Position numbers and translations under genes: made by a program. 64,000 bases of DNA. It comes from Rubrivivax sp. (GTDB lineage: Bacteria; Pseudomonadota; Gammaproteobacteria; Burkholderiales; Burkholderiaceae_C). Shown piece by piece: positions 27,891-36,997 of the stretch. The number at the start of each line of letters is the position of its first letter. Position 1 is the stretch's first letter. The stretch is from assembly GCA_021297985.1 (NCBI GenBank), contig JAJTGU010000015.1, forward strand, positions 1,083-65,082. The letters are read 5' to 3'. A model generated the notes under the pieces. It searched no databases and was not told the origin of the DNA. It saw only the letters and a list, made by a program, of their open reading frames with translations.

Positions 27891-28790
27891 ATGAACTTCA
27901 AGCACCTGCACTATTTCTGGGTCACCGCCAAGGCCGGCGGCGTGATGCGTGCGGGTGAACAGCTGCACACGACGCCCCAGACGCTGTCGGCGCAGATCAA
28001 GCTGCTCGAAGACCGGCTGGGCCGGAAGCTGTTCCGCAAGGCCGGGCGCGGCCTGGAGCTGACCGACGACGGCCGTGTCGCGCTGACCTACGCCGACGAG
28101 ATCTTCAACCTCGGCAGTGAGCTCGAAACGGCCATGCGCGCCCACCGCGTGGGTGGAGAAAAAGTTCTCGAATTCCGGGTCGGCGTGGCCGATTCGGTGG
28201 CCAAGTCGGTGGCCTACCGGCTGCTCGAGCCGGCACTGAACCTGCCCGACCGGGTGCGCATGATCTGCAGCGAAGGCAAGTTCGCCGACCATCTGGCCGA
28301 CTTGGCGCTGCACCGGCTGGACCTCGTGATCGCCGACGAGCCGCTGTCCAAGCGGGTCAGCGTCAAGGCCTTCAACCATGCGCTGGGCAGCTCGACCATG
28401 AGCTTCTACTGCGCGCCGTCGCTGCGGCCGCGGCTCCGGGGCCCGTTTCCGCAGTGCCTCAACGACGTGCCCATGCTCGTCCATGGCAGCGCCTCGCCCG
28501 TGCGCTTGCAGTTCGAGGCCTGGCTGACCCGCCACCAGCTCAGCCCGCGCATCGTCGGCGAGTTCGACGACGGTGCCCTGATGAAGGCCTTCGGCCGCGA
28601 AGGCCGTGGCGTCTTCCTCGGCCCGCAGGTGCTGGAGGCAGAAACCGCGCAGCAATACGCGGTGCAGGTCATCGGCCACAGCGACGAGATCGTCGAGGAC
28701 TTTTTCGCCATCTCGGTCGAACGGCGCCTGACGCACCCCTGCGTCGTGGCCATCACCCACGCGGCGCGCGGCGCGCTCTTCGGTGCCTGA
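27891..28790 (+). CDS. LysR family transcriptional regulator (NhaR-like)
   Basis: MNFKHLHYFWVTAKAGGVMRAGEQLHTTPQTLSAQIKLLEDRLGRKLF followed by a LysR substrate-binding domain. Confidence 0.9.
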   Translation: MNFKHLHYFWVTAKAGGVMRAGEQLHTTPQTLSAQIKLLEDRLGRKLFRKAGRGLELTDDGRVALTYADEIFNLGSELETAMRAHRVGGEKVLEFRVGVADSVAKSVAYRLLEPALNLPDRVRMICSEGKFADHLADLALHRLDLVIADEPLSKRVSVKAFNHALGSSTMSFYCAPSLRPRLRGPFPQCLNDVPMLVHGSASPVRLQFEAWLTRHQLSPRIVGEFDDGALMKAFGREGRGVFLGPQVLEAETAQQYAVQVIGHSDEIVEDFFAISVERRLTHPCVVAITHAARGALFGA

Positions 28791-31700
28791 GCCCGTGCCG
28801 CCGCCTGCAGGCGTCGTCAGGCTGGGCCTGACTGCGGCACCGCACTGGCAGCTCGGCGACGGGCCGGTGCACGCGCTGGCGCCTGTCGATGCCTTGCTGC
28901 TTGCCTGGCTGGCGATCGAAGGCCCGACGCCCCGCGAGCAGATGGCGTCACTGCTCTGGCCCGACAGCCCGGCGGCTGCGGCGCGCAACACCCTGCGCCA
29001 GCGCCTGTTCCGGATGCGTCGCGCCGCCGGGCTGGACCTCGTGGCCGGCAGCGCGGTCCTGTCGCTGGCTGACGGCCTGCAGCATGACCTGGTGGCCGAC
29101 TCCGGCGTGCTTTCGGGCCTGGGCAGCGGTGCCGAGGCGGCCTCGGCGCCGCTGGGTGGGTGGTTGGCCCAGCAGCGTCGGCAACGCGCCGCACACCGCC
29201 GTCAAGGGCTGCTCGAACGGCTGGATGCGCTGGAATCCGGTGGGGACCTGGCCTCGGCGCTGCCGCTGGCGCAGGATCTGCTGGCGCTCGATCCGCTGGC
29301 CGAGGACAGCCACCGTCGTGTCATGCGCCTTCACTACCTGCAAGGCGACCGCGCTGCGGCGCTGCTGTCCTTTGACCGCCTGGAGCAGCAGCTCAAGCAC
29401 GAGGTCGGCACCCGGCCATCGGCCGAGACGCTGGCCCTGCTGGCGACGATCGAGGCCGCCGGCGACCCCTTGGCCGCATCCGGACTCGCGCTCGATGCCG
29501 TGGCCGAGCCGGCTTTCATGCGTCAGCGCCCGCTGCCGGTGGCGGTCCTGCGGCCACCCCGCCTGGTCGGGCGCGACGGCGAGCTGGCACTGCTGCGCGA
29601 GTCCTGGTGGCTGGCGCCACCGGGGCTGGCCCTGGTGGTCGGCGAGGCCGGGATGGGCAAGTCGCGCCTGCTGGGAACGCTGCTGACCCGTCTGGTCGGT
29701 GCCGCGCCGGATGCCCATGCGGCGGTGCTGGCGTCGGCACGGCCGGGTGACACCCTGGTTCCATACGCCAGTTTTGCGCGACTGCTGCGTGCCTGGTGGC
29801 CGCAAGCCGGCACCGAGCTGGCTGCGCTGGCCCCGGAGCACCGCTCGGCGCTGGCCCCTCTGGTGCCTGAGTGGGTCGCGGCTCCGGGTGCGGCACCGAC
29901 ACGGGCCAGCGAATCGCCTGCTGCCGCCTTGCGGGCGCTGTTCCTGGCCGCCGCAGCGTCCGGGGGTCAGACGCCCAGCCTGCTTCTCGACGATCTGCAC
30001 TTTGCCGATGCGGCGACCCTGGCCTTGCTGCCGGGCCTGGTGAGCGGCTCCGAGCCGGCGCTGCGCCTGGCGCTGGGCAGCCGGCCGGCCTCGCCGGGCA
30101 GTGCGCTTGATGCTGCCCTGACCGCGCTGCGTACCGCCGCCCCCGAGGCGCTGATCGTCGAGCTGCAACCGCTGAGCCCGGCGCAACTGGCGGAGTTGGT
30201 CGATTCGCTGGGACTGCCCCAGGCGCGTGGTGTGGAGCTGGCACCGCTGCTGCGCCAGCACAGCGGCGGCAACCCGCTGTTTGCGCTGGAAACCCTGAAG
30301 GCGGCGCTGAAGGCCGGCCTGGGCGGTGCCGCCTGGACGCTGGCCACCGCCTTGCCCAAGCCCGAGTCCTTGCGCCAGCTCATCGCGCAGCAGCTCGCGC
30401 GGCTGAGCCCGGGCGCCGCCATGCTCGCCCGGCTGGCGGCACTGGCGGGCGTCGACTTCGACCTGCACCTGGCCTGCGCCGTGCTCGGCCAGCACGCGCT
30501 GCAACTGGCCGACCCCTGGGCCGAGCTGGAAGCGCAGCAGGTGCTGCTGGACGATGGCTCGTTTGCCCACGACCTGGTCTTCGAAGCCGTGCTCGCGGCG
30601 GTGCCGGGGGCGATCGCACGCCACCTGCATGGCCGCATCGCCGAGGTGCTGGAGGCCGGCGACACCGAGCCGGCGCGCCTGGCCCACCACTGGGAGGCCG
30701 CCGGCCAGCCACAACGCGCGCTGCGCCACTGGCGGGCCGCGGCGGAGCGCGCGCACCGCGCCTGGCGCGAGGACGAGCGCATCGCCTGTCTGCTCCGGGC
30801 GGCCGATATCGCCGAGGCTGCGGGGGACCGCGACAGCGCCTTCGACAGCGTTGCGCGCGCCGTCGACGCCCACATGGACGTGCTGCGCGACGACCGCGGC
30901 TACGCCTTGCTCGACCGCCTGGACCGTCTGGCCGAAGGCCCGCACCCGCGGGCGATCGCCCTGGGCAAACGCGCCTGGTACCTCAGCCAGCTGCCCGACC
31001 ATGGTCAGGCGGTGCAGGTTGGCCAGGCCGCGCTGGCCCTGGCCGAGGCCGGCAGCGATCGCGCGCTGACCGAGCTGATCCGCCAGCGCCTGGCGACGTC
31101 GCTGTCGCTTCTGGGCCGCTTCGACGAGGCGCTGGCGCACCTGGACGCCACGCGGCCCTGGGCCGAGTCCCACCTGCGTGACGACGACCTGGCCTCGTAC
31201 CACGGCAACACCGCGGTCGTCCTCGACAACCTGGGCCGGCCCGAACCCGCGCTGGAGCACCACCGCCGAGCCCAGGCGGCATCGCTGGCCATCGGCGACC
31301 ACTCGCAACTCGTCACCCACCTGAGCAACCACGCGGTCAACCGCCTCAATGCCGGCGACGCCGGTGCGGCTCTGGCCTTGGCAGAAGAGGGCCAGCGCCA
31401 GGTCGCCCAATGGGGACTCACGGGTGGCAGTGTCGCGTTCTTGTGCCTGGTGCAATCCCAGGCGGCGCGGGCCCTCGGAGCCTGGCGTCTGGCGCGACAA
31501 GGCGCCGAACATGCGCTGGCACTGCTGGAGCAGAGCAACCCCGCGCGCCGTCCCATGGTCTGGCTGCATCGAGCACTGATCGAGCTCGAACTCGGCCAGC
31601 ACCAGGCCGCGATGCAGGACCTTCAGCGCGTCGCCGATGTCGCCCCCGGCCTGCCACCGCACCTGCGTGCCCGCCACGCCACACTGCTGGCGCGCTGGCA

Positions 31701-32235
31701 GCATGAACGTGGCCTGGACAGCCGGGCTGCCGCCACCGAAGCCGTGGCCCTTGCACCGCGCAACGGCTGGCCCGAGGTCCTGATGACCGCCGAGCTGCAG
31801 GCCGCCGTGGCCAGCGGCGACGACACCGAGCGCACCGCCGTGGCGGCACGGGTGCGCGAGACCGCCGCGTCCATGGGCCTGGCGGGCTCGGTGCTGGCCG
31901 CCGCGGTGCTCGAAGCCGAGGTGCTGCATCGTCATGCCGCCGACGCCGGGCGCACCGGATCGGCAATCGCACTGTTGCCGAGCCTGCTCCGCCACATGGA
32001 CCGCACCGTGCCGACGCTGCGTCCGCGGGCCGAGGCCTGGCTGGCGTTGGCTCGTCTGCACCTGGCGGCTGGCAACCCGGCGGCAGCCGCCGTCGCGGCC
32101 TCGGCCGGCCGGAACTGGCTCCTGCAACGCCTGGCCGACGATCTCGATGGCGACGCCGAACGCGAATCAGCGCTGCACCGCGTGCCGTCCCACCGCGCCT
32201 TGTGCGAACTGGCCGAGCGACTGGCCGCGGCGTGA
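28783..32235 (+). CDS. large BTAD (SARP-like) / AAA ATPase / TPR-rich regulatory protein (STAND-type)
   Basis: Winged-helix-like N-terminus. BTAD signature HRRVMRLHYLQGDRAAALLSFDRLEQQLKHEVGTRPSAETLALLATIE. Walker A LVVGEAGMGKSRLLG. Long Ala/Leu-rich helical-repeat C-terminus. The GTG start overlaps the lysR 3' end by 8 nt. Confidence 0.85.
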   Translation: MPEPVPPPAGVVRLGLTAAPHWQLGDGPVHALAPVDALLLAWLAIEGPTPREQMASLLWPDSPAAAARNTLRQRLFRMRRAAGLDLVAGSAVLSLADGLQHDLVADSGVLSGLGSGAEAASAPLGGWLAQQRRQRAAHRRQGLLERLDALESGGDLASALPLAQDLLALDPLAEDSHRRVMRLHYLQGDRAAALLSFDRLEQQLKHEVGTRPSAETLALLATIEAAGDPLAASGLALDAVAEPAFMRQRPLPVAVLRPPRLVGRDGELALLRESWWLAPPGLALVVGEAGMGKSRLLGTLLTRLVGAAPDAHAAVLASARPGDTLVPYASFARLLRAWWPQAGTELAALAPEHRSALAPLVPEWVAAPGAAPTRASESPAAALRALFLAAAASGGQTPSLLLDDLHFADAATLALLPGLVSGSEPALRLALGSRPASPGSALDAALTALRTAAPEALIVELQPLSPAQLAELVDSLGLPQARGVELAPLLRQHSGGNPLFALETLKAALKAGLGGAAWTLATALPKPESLRQLIAQQLARLSPGAAMLARLAALAGVDFDLHLACAVLGQHALQLADPWAELEAQQVLLDDGSFAHDLVFEAVLAAVPGAIARHLHGRIAEVLEAGDTEPARLAHHWEAAGQPQRALRHWRAAAERAHRAWREDERIACLLRAADIAEAAGDRDSAFDSVARAVDAHMDVLRDDRGYALLDRLDRLAEGPHPRAIALGKRAWYLSQLPDHGQAVQVGQAALALAEAGSDRALTELIRQRLATSLSLLGRFDEALAHLDATRPWAESHLRDDDLASYHGNTAVVLDNLGRPEPALEHHRRAQAASLAIGDHSQLVTHLSNHAVNRLNAGDAGAALALAEEGQRQVAQWGLTGGSVAFLCLVQSQAARALGAWRLARQGAEHALALLEQSNPARRPMVWLHRALIELELGQHQAAMQDLQRVADVAPGLPPHLRARHATLLARWQHERGLDSRAAATEAVALAPRNGWPEVLMTAELQAAVASGDDTERTAVAARVRETAASMGLAGSVLAAAVLEAEVLHRHAADAGRTGSAIALLPSLLRHMDRTVPTLRPRAEAWLALARLHLAAGNPAAAAVAASAGRNWLLQRLADDLDGDAERESALHRVPSHRALCELAERLAAA

Positions 32236-32338
32236 CAGCGTCGGCGCGACCCGATGCGGCCGCGTAACGCGGGCATAACGGGGGTCTGTCTAAAACCTCG
32301 CTCCAGCAGCCCCCGTGTCGGGGGCCAGGAGCAAGACA

Positions 32339-32545
32339 ATGAACTGGACTGCAAACCACTCCGACGCCTCGGCGGCCGTGTCGACCTTCGGTTCCTCGGC
32401 CTTGGCGGCACCCGGAGATTCGCTTCAAGAACTGCTGGAAGACCTCGCCGAAGCCGACCGCGCCGACAACCGCCTGCTCAGCCTGGTGCTGAGCGCGGCA
32501 GCGGCAACGCTGCTGCTGGCGGCGGCGAGCAGCCTGGGCCTGTGA
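32339..32545 (+). CDS. small hypothetical protein (68 aa) with a hydrophobic C-terminal tail
   Basis: GGAG lies 7 nt upstream of the ATG. Sequence: MNWTANHSDASAAVSTFGSSALAAPGDSLQELLEDLAEADRADNRLLSLVLSAAAATLLLAAASSLGL. A GCCCCC-GTGTC-GGGGGC hairpin sits just upstream. Confidence 0.4.
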   Translation: MNWTANHSDASAAVSTFGSSALAAPGDSLQELLEDLAEADRADNRLLSLVLSAAAATLLLAAASSLGL

Positions 32546-32570
32546 GGCCGGCGTTCGAGGCCGGCGCGGG

Positions 32571-33629
32571 TCACCCCCGGCCCGGCTCGCGGCGCTCCTC
32601 GCGCCGCTCGTGCATCCGCTCTTCGATGCGCCCGATCTGGCGATAGTCCGCCGGCACCTTGAACAGCGCCGCATCCGGCTCGCTGCGCTGGACGTTGCGC
32701 AGTCGGTAGAGGGTCTCGCAACTGCGCGGATCAAAGTCGCGGCTTTGCACCGTGAGCATCAGATCCGGCGAGGTCCAGACCTCGCGCACGATCTGGAACG
32801 GTTTTTCGTTGCCGAAGCGCCCGGCCTCGATCGGCCAGACCGTGCGTTCGCCGTTGACTCTCAGGCCCTCGATGTCGCGTGGCGGCAGCGCCGACACCTG
32901 GCCCGGGCCGCGTGGAGCCAGGTTCAGCGAATTCAGCATGACCGGGGCCGAGGCGTCGCCCAGCGCCATCGCCCAGGAGGCCTGGGCCTCCTGGCCCAGG
33001 CGCAGCAGGGTGACTTCGGACTCGCCGCTGCGCACGCTGACGTTGCCGTCATCGCCGCGGCTGATCAGCACCGCAGTCGGCGCGGGTGCCGCCGGCGGGA
33101 CGGCTGTGGGGTGCGCTGGGGGCGGTCCCGGCGGGGTCGGCGCCACGGGTGGCGCGGCAGAGTGGCCCGTGCGCACACGCTCGCCCAGCTGGCGGGCCCA
33201 GTCGCGCATGCGTTCGGCGTAGTCCCGCCAGGCCGCCTGGTCGGTCTCGCTCCAGCCCCCGTGCGAGGTCCAGCCGATCTGGCGCGTCCGGATTGCCAAC
33301 CGGGTGGCGGTCTTGCGGCTGGTGTCGAGCATCCAGCTTTCGCCGGCTACCGGGTCGCGCAGAAAGACGCGCTTGACCCCGCCGCGTTCGATCTCCTGTC
33401 GCGTGCGGCCTTCGCTGTCGCGGCACAGGCGCGAGACCTGCTGGCGCACGATGCGGTTGCCACCCGCGCCGCCCGGGTCGGCCAGCCACTGCACGGTCTC
33501 GTGCACGGACTCGGCGCAGTAGGGCGCGCCCTTCACCGTGCGCTCGGGCGCGGCCTGGGCCCCGGCCACGGTAGACGCAGGGACCAGCGACAGCGCGGCG
33601 ATGGCCAGCACGAAAGGGTTCGGTTTCAT
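32571..33629 (-). CDS. secreted hypothetical protein (third gene of the ECF operon)
   Basis: AGGAGA lies 6 nt upstream of ATG 33629. Signal peptide MKPNPFVLAIAALSLVPASTVAGAQA. Two domains are joined by a Pro/Ala linker. I recognise no family. Confidence 0.75.
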   Translation of the reverse strand: MKPNPFVLAIAALSLVPASTVAGAQAAPERTVKGAPYCAESVHETVQWLADPGGAGGNRIVRQQVSRLCRDSEGRTRQEIERGGVKRVFLRDPVAGESWMLDTSRKTATRLAIRTRQIGWTSHGGWSETDQAAWRDYAERMRDWARQLGERVRTGHSAAPPVAPTPPGPPPAHPTAVPPAAPAPTAVLISRGDDGNVSVRSGESEVTLLRLGQEAQASWAMALGDASAPVMLNSLNLAPRGPGQVSALPPRDIEGLRVNGERTVWPIEAGRFGNEKPFQIVREVWTSPDLMLTVQSRDFDPRSCETLYRLRNVQRSEPDAALFKVPADYRQIGRIEERMHERREERREPGRG

Positions 33630-33663
33630 CAGGGGTCTCCTGTGGGCTCGAGGGCCACGGGTT

Positions 33664-34155
33664 TCAGGGCAGGACACGCACGGCCAGCACCTCGCCGCTG
33701 GCATCCATCAGCAGTTCGGCCGGCACTCGCGCCGCAGCGCGCCCGGGGTCGTAGGGAAGGCCCAGGCTGACCAGGCGTTCGGCCGGCAACTCGGTGCGCA
33801 CCAGCCAGCCGCGGCTGACGCCCTGGTCGGGCTGGACCCAGCGCTCGGCGCTGGCGACCGGCACGAAACCGACCGGTGCCAGCTCGGCCAGGGCCGGTTG
33901 CGAAGGACCGGGGCGCCAGGGCTGCAGCGTCAGCGTCAACGACAGCAGCACCACGCCCAGGCAGGCGGCCAGTCGCCAGCGGCCACCGCCGGTGTTGGCC
34001 GAGACGCCTCGGGAAACGGGTCGACCGGGGTGGGGTGCAGCCGCGGGCCAAAAGCTCTGGAAGGGGGGTGGCGACTGGCGCCTGAGGTCGTCGCCGACCT
34101 GTTGCAGCGCGTCGGCGAGCGTGCGGCTTTCGCCCGCTTGCGGTTCATGTGTCAT
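33664..34155 (-). CDS. putative membrane-anchored anti-sigma factor
   Basis: The call rests on position: its start overlaps the ECF sigma stop (ATGA). It has one TM helix (WRLAACLGVVLLSLTLTL). No HxxxCxxC zinc motif was seen. Confidence 0.55.
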   Translation of the reverse strand: MTHEPQAGESRTLADALQQVGDDLRRQSPPPFQSFWPAAAPHPGRPVSRGVSANTGGGRWRLAACLGVVLLSLTLTLQPWRPGPSQPALAELAPVGFVPVASAERWVQPDQGVSRGWLVRTELPAERLVSLGLPYDPGRAAARVPAELLMDASGEVLAVRVLP

Positions 34156-34763
34156 CGGTCATGGTCCTGCAACAAGGCGGCCAACCGTTGCCGGCCGCGG
34201 TGCAATCGGGTGCGCAGGGTGTTCAGCGGCACGCCGGCGATGGCGGCGGCCTCTTCATAGCTGCGGTCCTGCAGGTCGACCAGGACCACGGCTTCACCGA
34301 ACGGAAGGGGCAGGCGACGCAGCGCGGCCCACACCTGCTCGGTGCTCTGGGCGCGGACCATCAACAGGGCCGGGTCAGGCATTGCCTCGAAAGCCTGCGG
34401 GCGGCTTGTCAGCTCGGAGACGTCCCCGTCCGGGTGGTCGTCGTCCAGGCCGGTCTCGTGACGCGACTGATGCCAGCGCCGCAACAGGCTGTGGCGCGCA
34501 ACACCGGCCAGCCAGGCGCCCAGGCTTCCAAGGGCGAGGTTCACGCCTTCGGGGCGTTGAACCAGCGCCAGAAAGGCGTCCTGTGTCGCATCGGCGGCCC
34601 AGGCGGTGTTGCCGCACAAGGCCAGCGCGTAGCGATAGACCGGTCCGGATTCACGCCGGTAGAGCGGCTCCAGCGCTGACCGGTCGCCGCCCACGAGTTG
34701 CGCCAGCAACTGCGGCGTCGCAGGCTCGGAGGCGCCTGGGCGCCAGGGCAGGAACGACAGCAT
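34152..34763 (-). CDS. ECF-type RNA polymerase sigma-70 family factor
   Basis: Region 2 (VYRYALALCGNTAWAADATQDAFLAL) and region 4 HTH (SYEEAAAIAGVPLNTLRTRLHRGRQRL). ATG at 34763. Confidence 0.9.
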   Translation of the reverse strand: MLSFLPWRPGASEPATPQLLAQLVGGDRSALEPLYRRESGPVYRYALALCGNTAWAADATQDAFLALVQRPEGVNLALGSLGAWLAGVARHSLLRRWHQSRHETGLDDDHPDGDVSELTSRPQAFEAMPDPALLMVRAQSTEQVWAALRRLPLPFGEAVVLVDLQDRSYEEAAAIAGVPLNTLRTRLHRGRQRLAALLQDHDR

Positions 34764-34933
34764 CGGCGACAGCAGCGTGGTGGGGCTCGTGGGCAGAAGA
34801 GGCTTGTGATCGGGTCTCACGTCCAAGGTGATTGCCGCCAGGCCGCTTCGAGTTCCCAACGGTGTGACCTTCAAGGCCCCGGACAAACCCGCAGACGGCG
34901 TGCGGTGCGGCTCGGCCAGCCTGTCCGGATTCG

Positions 34934-36487
34934 ATGCAGCCTGTCCGTACCACCGGGCGTTGCGTCGCGTTCGGTTGGCGGCCGCCGAAGGGGGCTGCGT
35001 ACAGTGCAGACTCGACAACACCGAAGCCCCCCGCTGTGAGTCCCGCCGTGCCGCCATCGCCCCCCGTCTTGCCAACCGCCGAGCGCTGGCGCCAGCGCTG
35101 GCAATGGTTTTCCGGGGCCAGCGTGCGCACGTTCAATGCCTATGCCAACTGGCTGCTGACGATCAGCTGGCGGCGCTTCATCGTCTACGGCATCCTGCTC
35201 ATCGTCGGCGTTGCGATCGTTCACGATTCGCCGCCATTGACCTGGCGCACGACCGAGGTCATCCAGCACGAGCGACCCAAGGTCGTGATGGTGCAGCGCC
35301 CGCCGGCACCGCCGGCAGCACCTGCGCCGCCAGCCAACCGCAGCCGCGACATCCCGATCCGCATCGAGGGTGGCAAGGACGGCGAGGGCGTGCAGATCAG
35401 CATCGGCAAGGACGGCATCAAGATCAACGCCGGGCGGCCCGCCAGTGCGGCCGAAGGCGCCGAGGCGGCGGTCCCGGCATCGCCGGCCGCGTCAGCCGCG
35501 GTCCCGGCAGGACTCAGCGCCGAGTTGCGGATCGCGATCGAGCAGGTCAAGCGCGAGTACGAAGCCGCGGCCGAGCAGGCACGGGCCGACGCCGCCGAAG
35601 CGTTGCGCGACGCCGAGGAGGCCCGGCGCGACGCCGAGCATGCGCTCGAGAAGCTCACCGAAGCGAGCGAGCCCCATACCGAGTTCCGCGAGACGCGCTG
35701 GGGCATCGGCGACGCGCTGCTGCAGTTCGTGTCGGTGTTTGTCGTCGCGTCGGCGGTGCTGAAGTACACCTGGAAGGGCACCCAGCAGGCCACGGTCAAG
35801 GCGGCCAAGGCCACACAGACGGCCGAGGCCGAATCACTGAAGCGCCAGGTCGTCGAGGCGCGAATGGCGGCGATGCAGGCGCAGATCGAGCCGCACTTCC
35901 TGTTCAACACGCTGGCCTCGATCGACCACTTGATCGAGACCGATCCGCCACGGGCCAGCCTGATGCAGAAGAACCTGATCGCGCTGCTGCGCGCCAGCAT
36001 GCCGACGATGCGCGAGGCCAGTGGCAACGGCGGCAACGGGGGCAATGCCGGCGTGCGCGAACTGGGGCGCGAGATCGCCGTGATCCGGCCCTACCTCGAG
36101 ATCCTGAAGGTCCGGATGGAAGAACGCCTGACGACCGAGATCGCGGTGCCCGAGGGCCTGAACTCGGCCGAGTTCCCGCCGATGATGATCCAGACCCTGG
36201 TCGAAAACGCGATCAAGCATGGCCTGGAACCCAAGGCCGAAGGTGGTCATCTGCGTGTGGTGGCCGAGGTCGTGCACGGCAAGCTGCAGGTGACCGTGGC
36301 CGACACCGGACTGGGCTTCGGCAAGGCCGCGACCGCCGGCACCGGCGTCGGCCTGGCCAACGTGCGCGAGCGCCTGCAGATGCTGTATGGGCCGCGGGCC
36401 GTCTTGACGGTCGCCGAAAACTCCCCGAGCGGCACCGTCGTGTCGATCACCGTCCCCTACAAGAGCCTGGAAGGAGCCGCCGCATGA
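34934..36487 (+). CDS. sensor histidine kinase, LytS/YehU-type (His_kinase + HATPase_c) with an atypical N-terminal region
   Basis: QIEPHFLFNTLASIDHLIETDP, LVENAIKHGL, DTGLGF..GVGLANVRERL. Two TM helices flank about 190 aa of Pro/Ala-rich and charged coiled-coil sequence. The start is uncertain: ATG 34934, or GTG 35036/35048. Confidence 0.85.
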   Translation: MQPVRTTGRCVAFGWRPPKGAAYSADSTTPKPPAVSPAVPPSPPVLPTAERWRQRWQWFSGASVRTFNAYANWLLTISWRRFIVYGILLIVGVAIVHDSPPLTWRTTEVIQHERPKVVMVQRPPAPPAAPAPPANRSRDIPIRIEGGKDGEGVQISIGKDGIKINAGRPASAAEGAEAAVPASPAASAAVPAGLSAELRIAIEQVKREYEAAAEQARADAAEALRDAEEARRDAEHALEKLTEASEPHTEFRETRWGIGDALLQFVSVFVVASAVLKYTWKGTQQATVKAAKATQTAEAESLKRQVVEARMAAMQAQIEPHFLFNTLASIDHLIETDPPRASLMQKNLIALLRASMPTMREASGNGGNGGNAGVRELGREIAVIRPYLEILKVRMEERLTTEIAVPEGLNSAEFPPMMIQTLVENAIKHGLEPKAEGGHLRVVAEVVHGKLQVTVADTGLGFGKAATAGTGVGLANVRERLQMLYGPRAVLTVAENSPSGTVVSITVPYKSLEGAAA

Positions 36488-36960
36488 GCAATCCCGCACT
36501 GACCCTGGACGGCGCAGAACGGTCGGCGCCCCTGCCGCCCGCGCCTGCGCCACGCCGGCCTCGCCGCTGGGCACGCTGGCTGCTGGCGGCGGCCGTGCTT
36601 TCGGTCTTGCTGCTGGTGGCCTTGGGCCTCGGTCTCGCGGCCCTGGTCGACGGAGCGCGCGACGGGCTGCACCTGTCGGTGGACGACGCGCATGGGCAGC
36701 TGTCGGAGTTCGGCTGGGCCGAGTGGGGCATCTCGACCGGGGTCATGATGGCGGTTGGCGGCGTGCTGCTGGCGGTGGTGCTGGGCGTGCTGGCCCTGGG
36801 CGCGCTGCTGCTGGTGGGCGTGCCGCTGCTGGTCGGCTTCGTGCTCGTCGTCGTGCTCGGCAGTCTGGCGCTGTCGCTGGGTGTCGTCGGGCTCGTGCTG
36901 CTGCTGGTGACGCTGCCGCTGTGGCTGCCCTTGCTGCTTCTGTTCAAGCTGCTGGCCTGA
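36484..36960 (+). CDS. polytopic membrane protein (158 aa) between the HK and RR genes
   Basis: ATGA overlap with the HK stop. A very Leu/Val/Gly-rich protein with four or five TM segments. No family recognised. Confidence 0.7.
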   Translation: MSNPALTLDGAERSAPLPPAPAPRRPRRWARWLLAAAVLSVLLLVALGLGLAALVDGARDGLHLSVDDAHGQLSEFGWAEWGISTGVMMAVGGVLLAVVLGVLALGALLLVGVPLLVGFVLVVVLGSLALSLGVVGLVLLLVTLPLWLPLLLLFKLLA

Positions 36961-36997
36961 GCCCCGGCGACAAGCCCAAGCCGTAGCATCACCGACG

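Noticed and set aside
34764-34933. ECF-type promoter (GGGAAC at about 34845-34850 on the minus strand) upstream of the sigma gene
   Set aside because: No CGT/GTC-type -10 element lies at the expected 16-17 nt spacing; the nearest CGT is about 30 nt away. This cannot be supported without the ECF group consensus.
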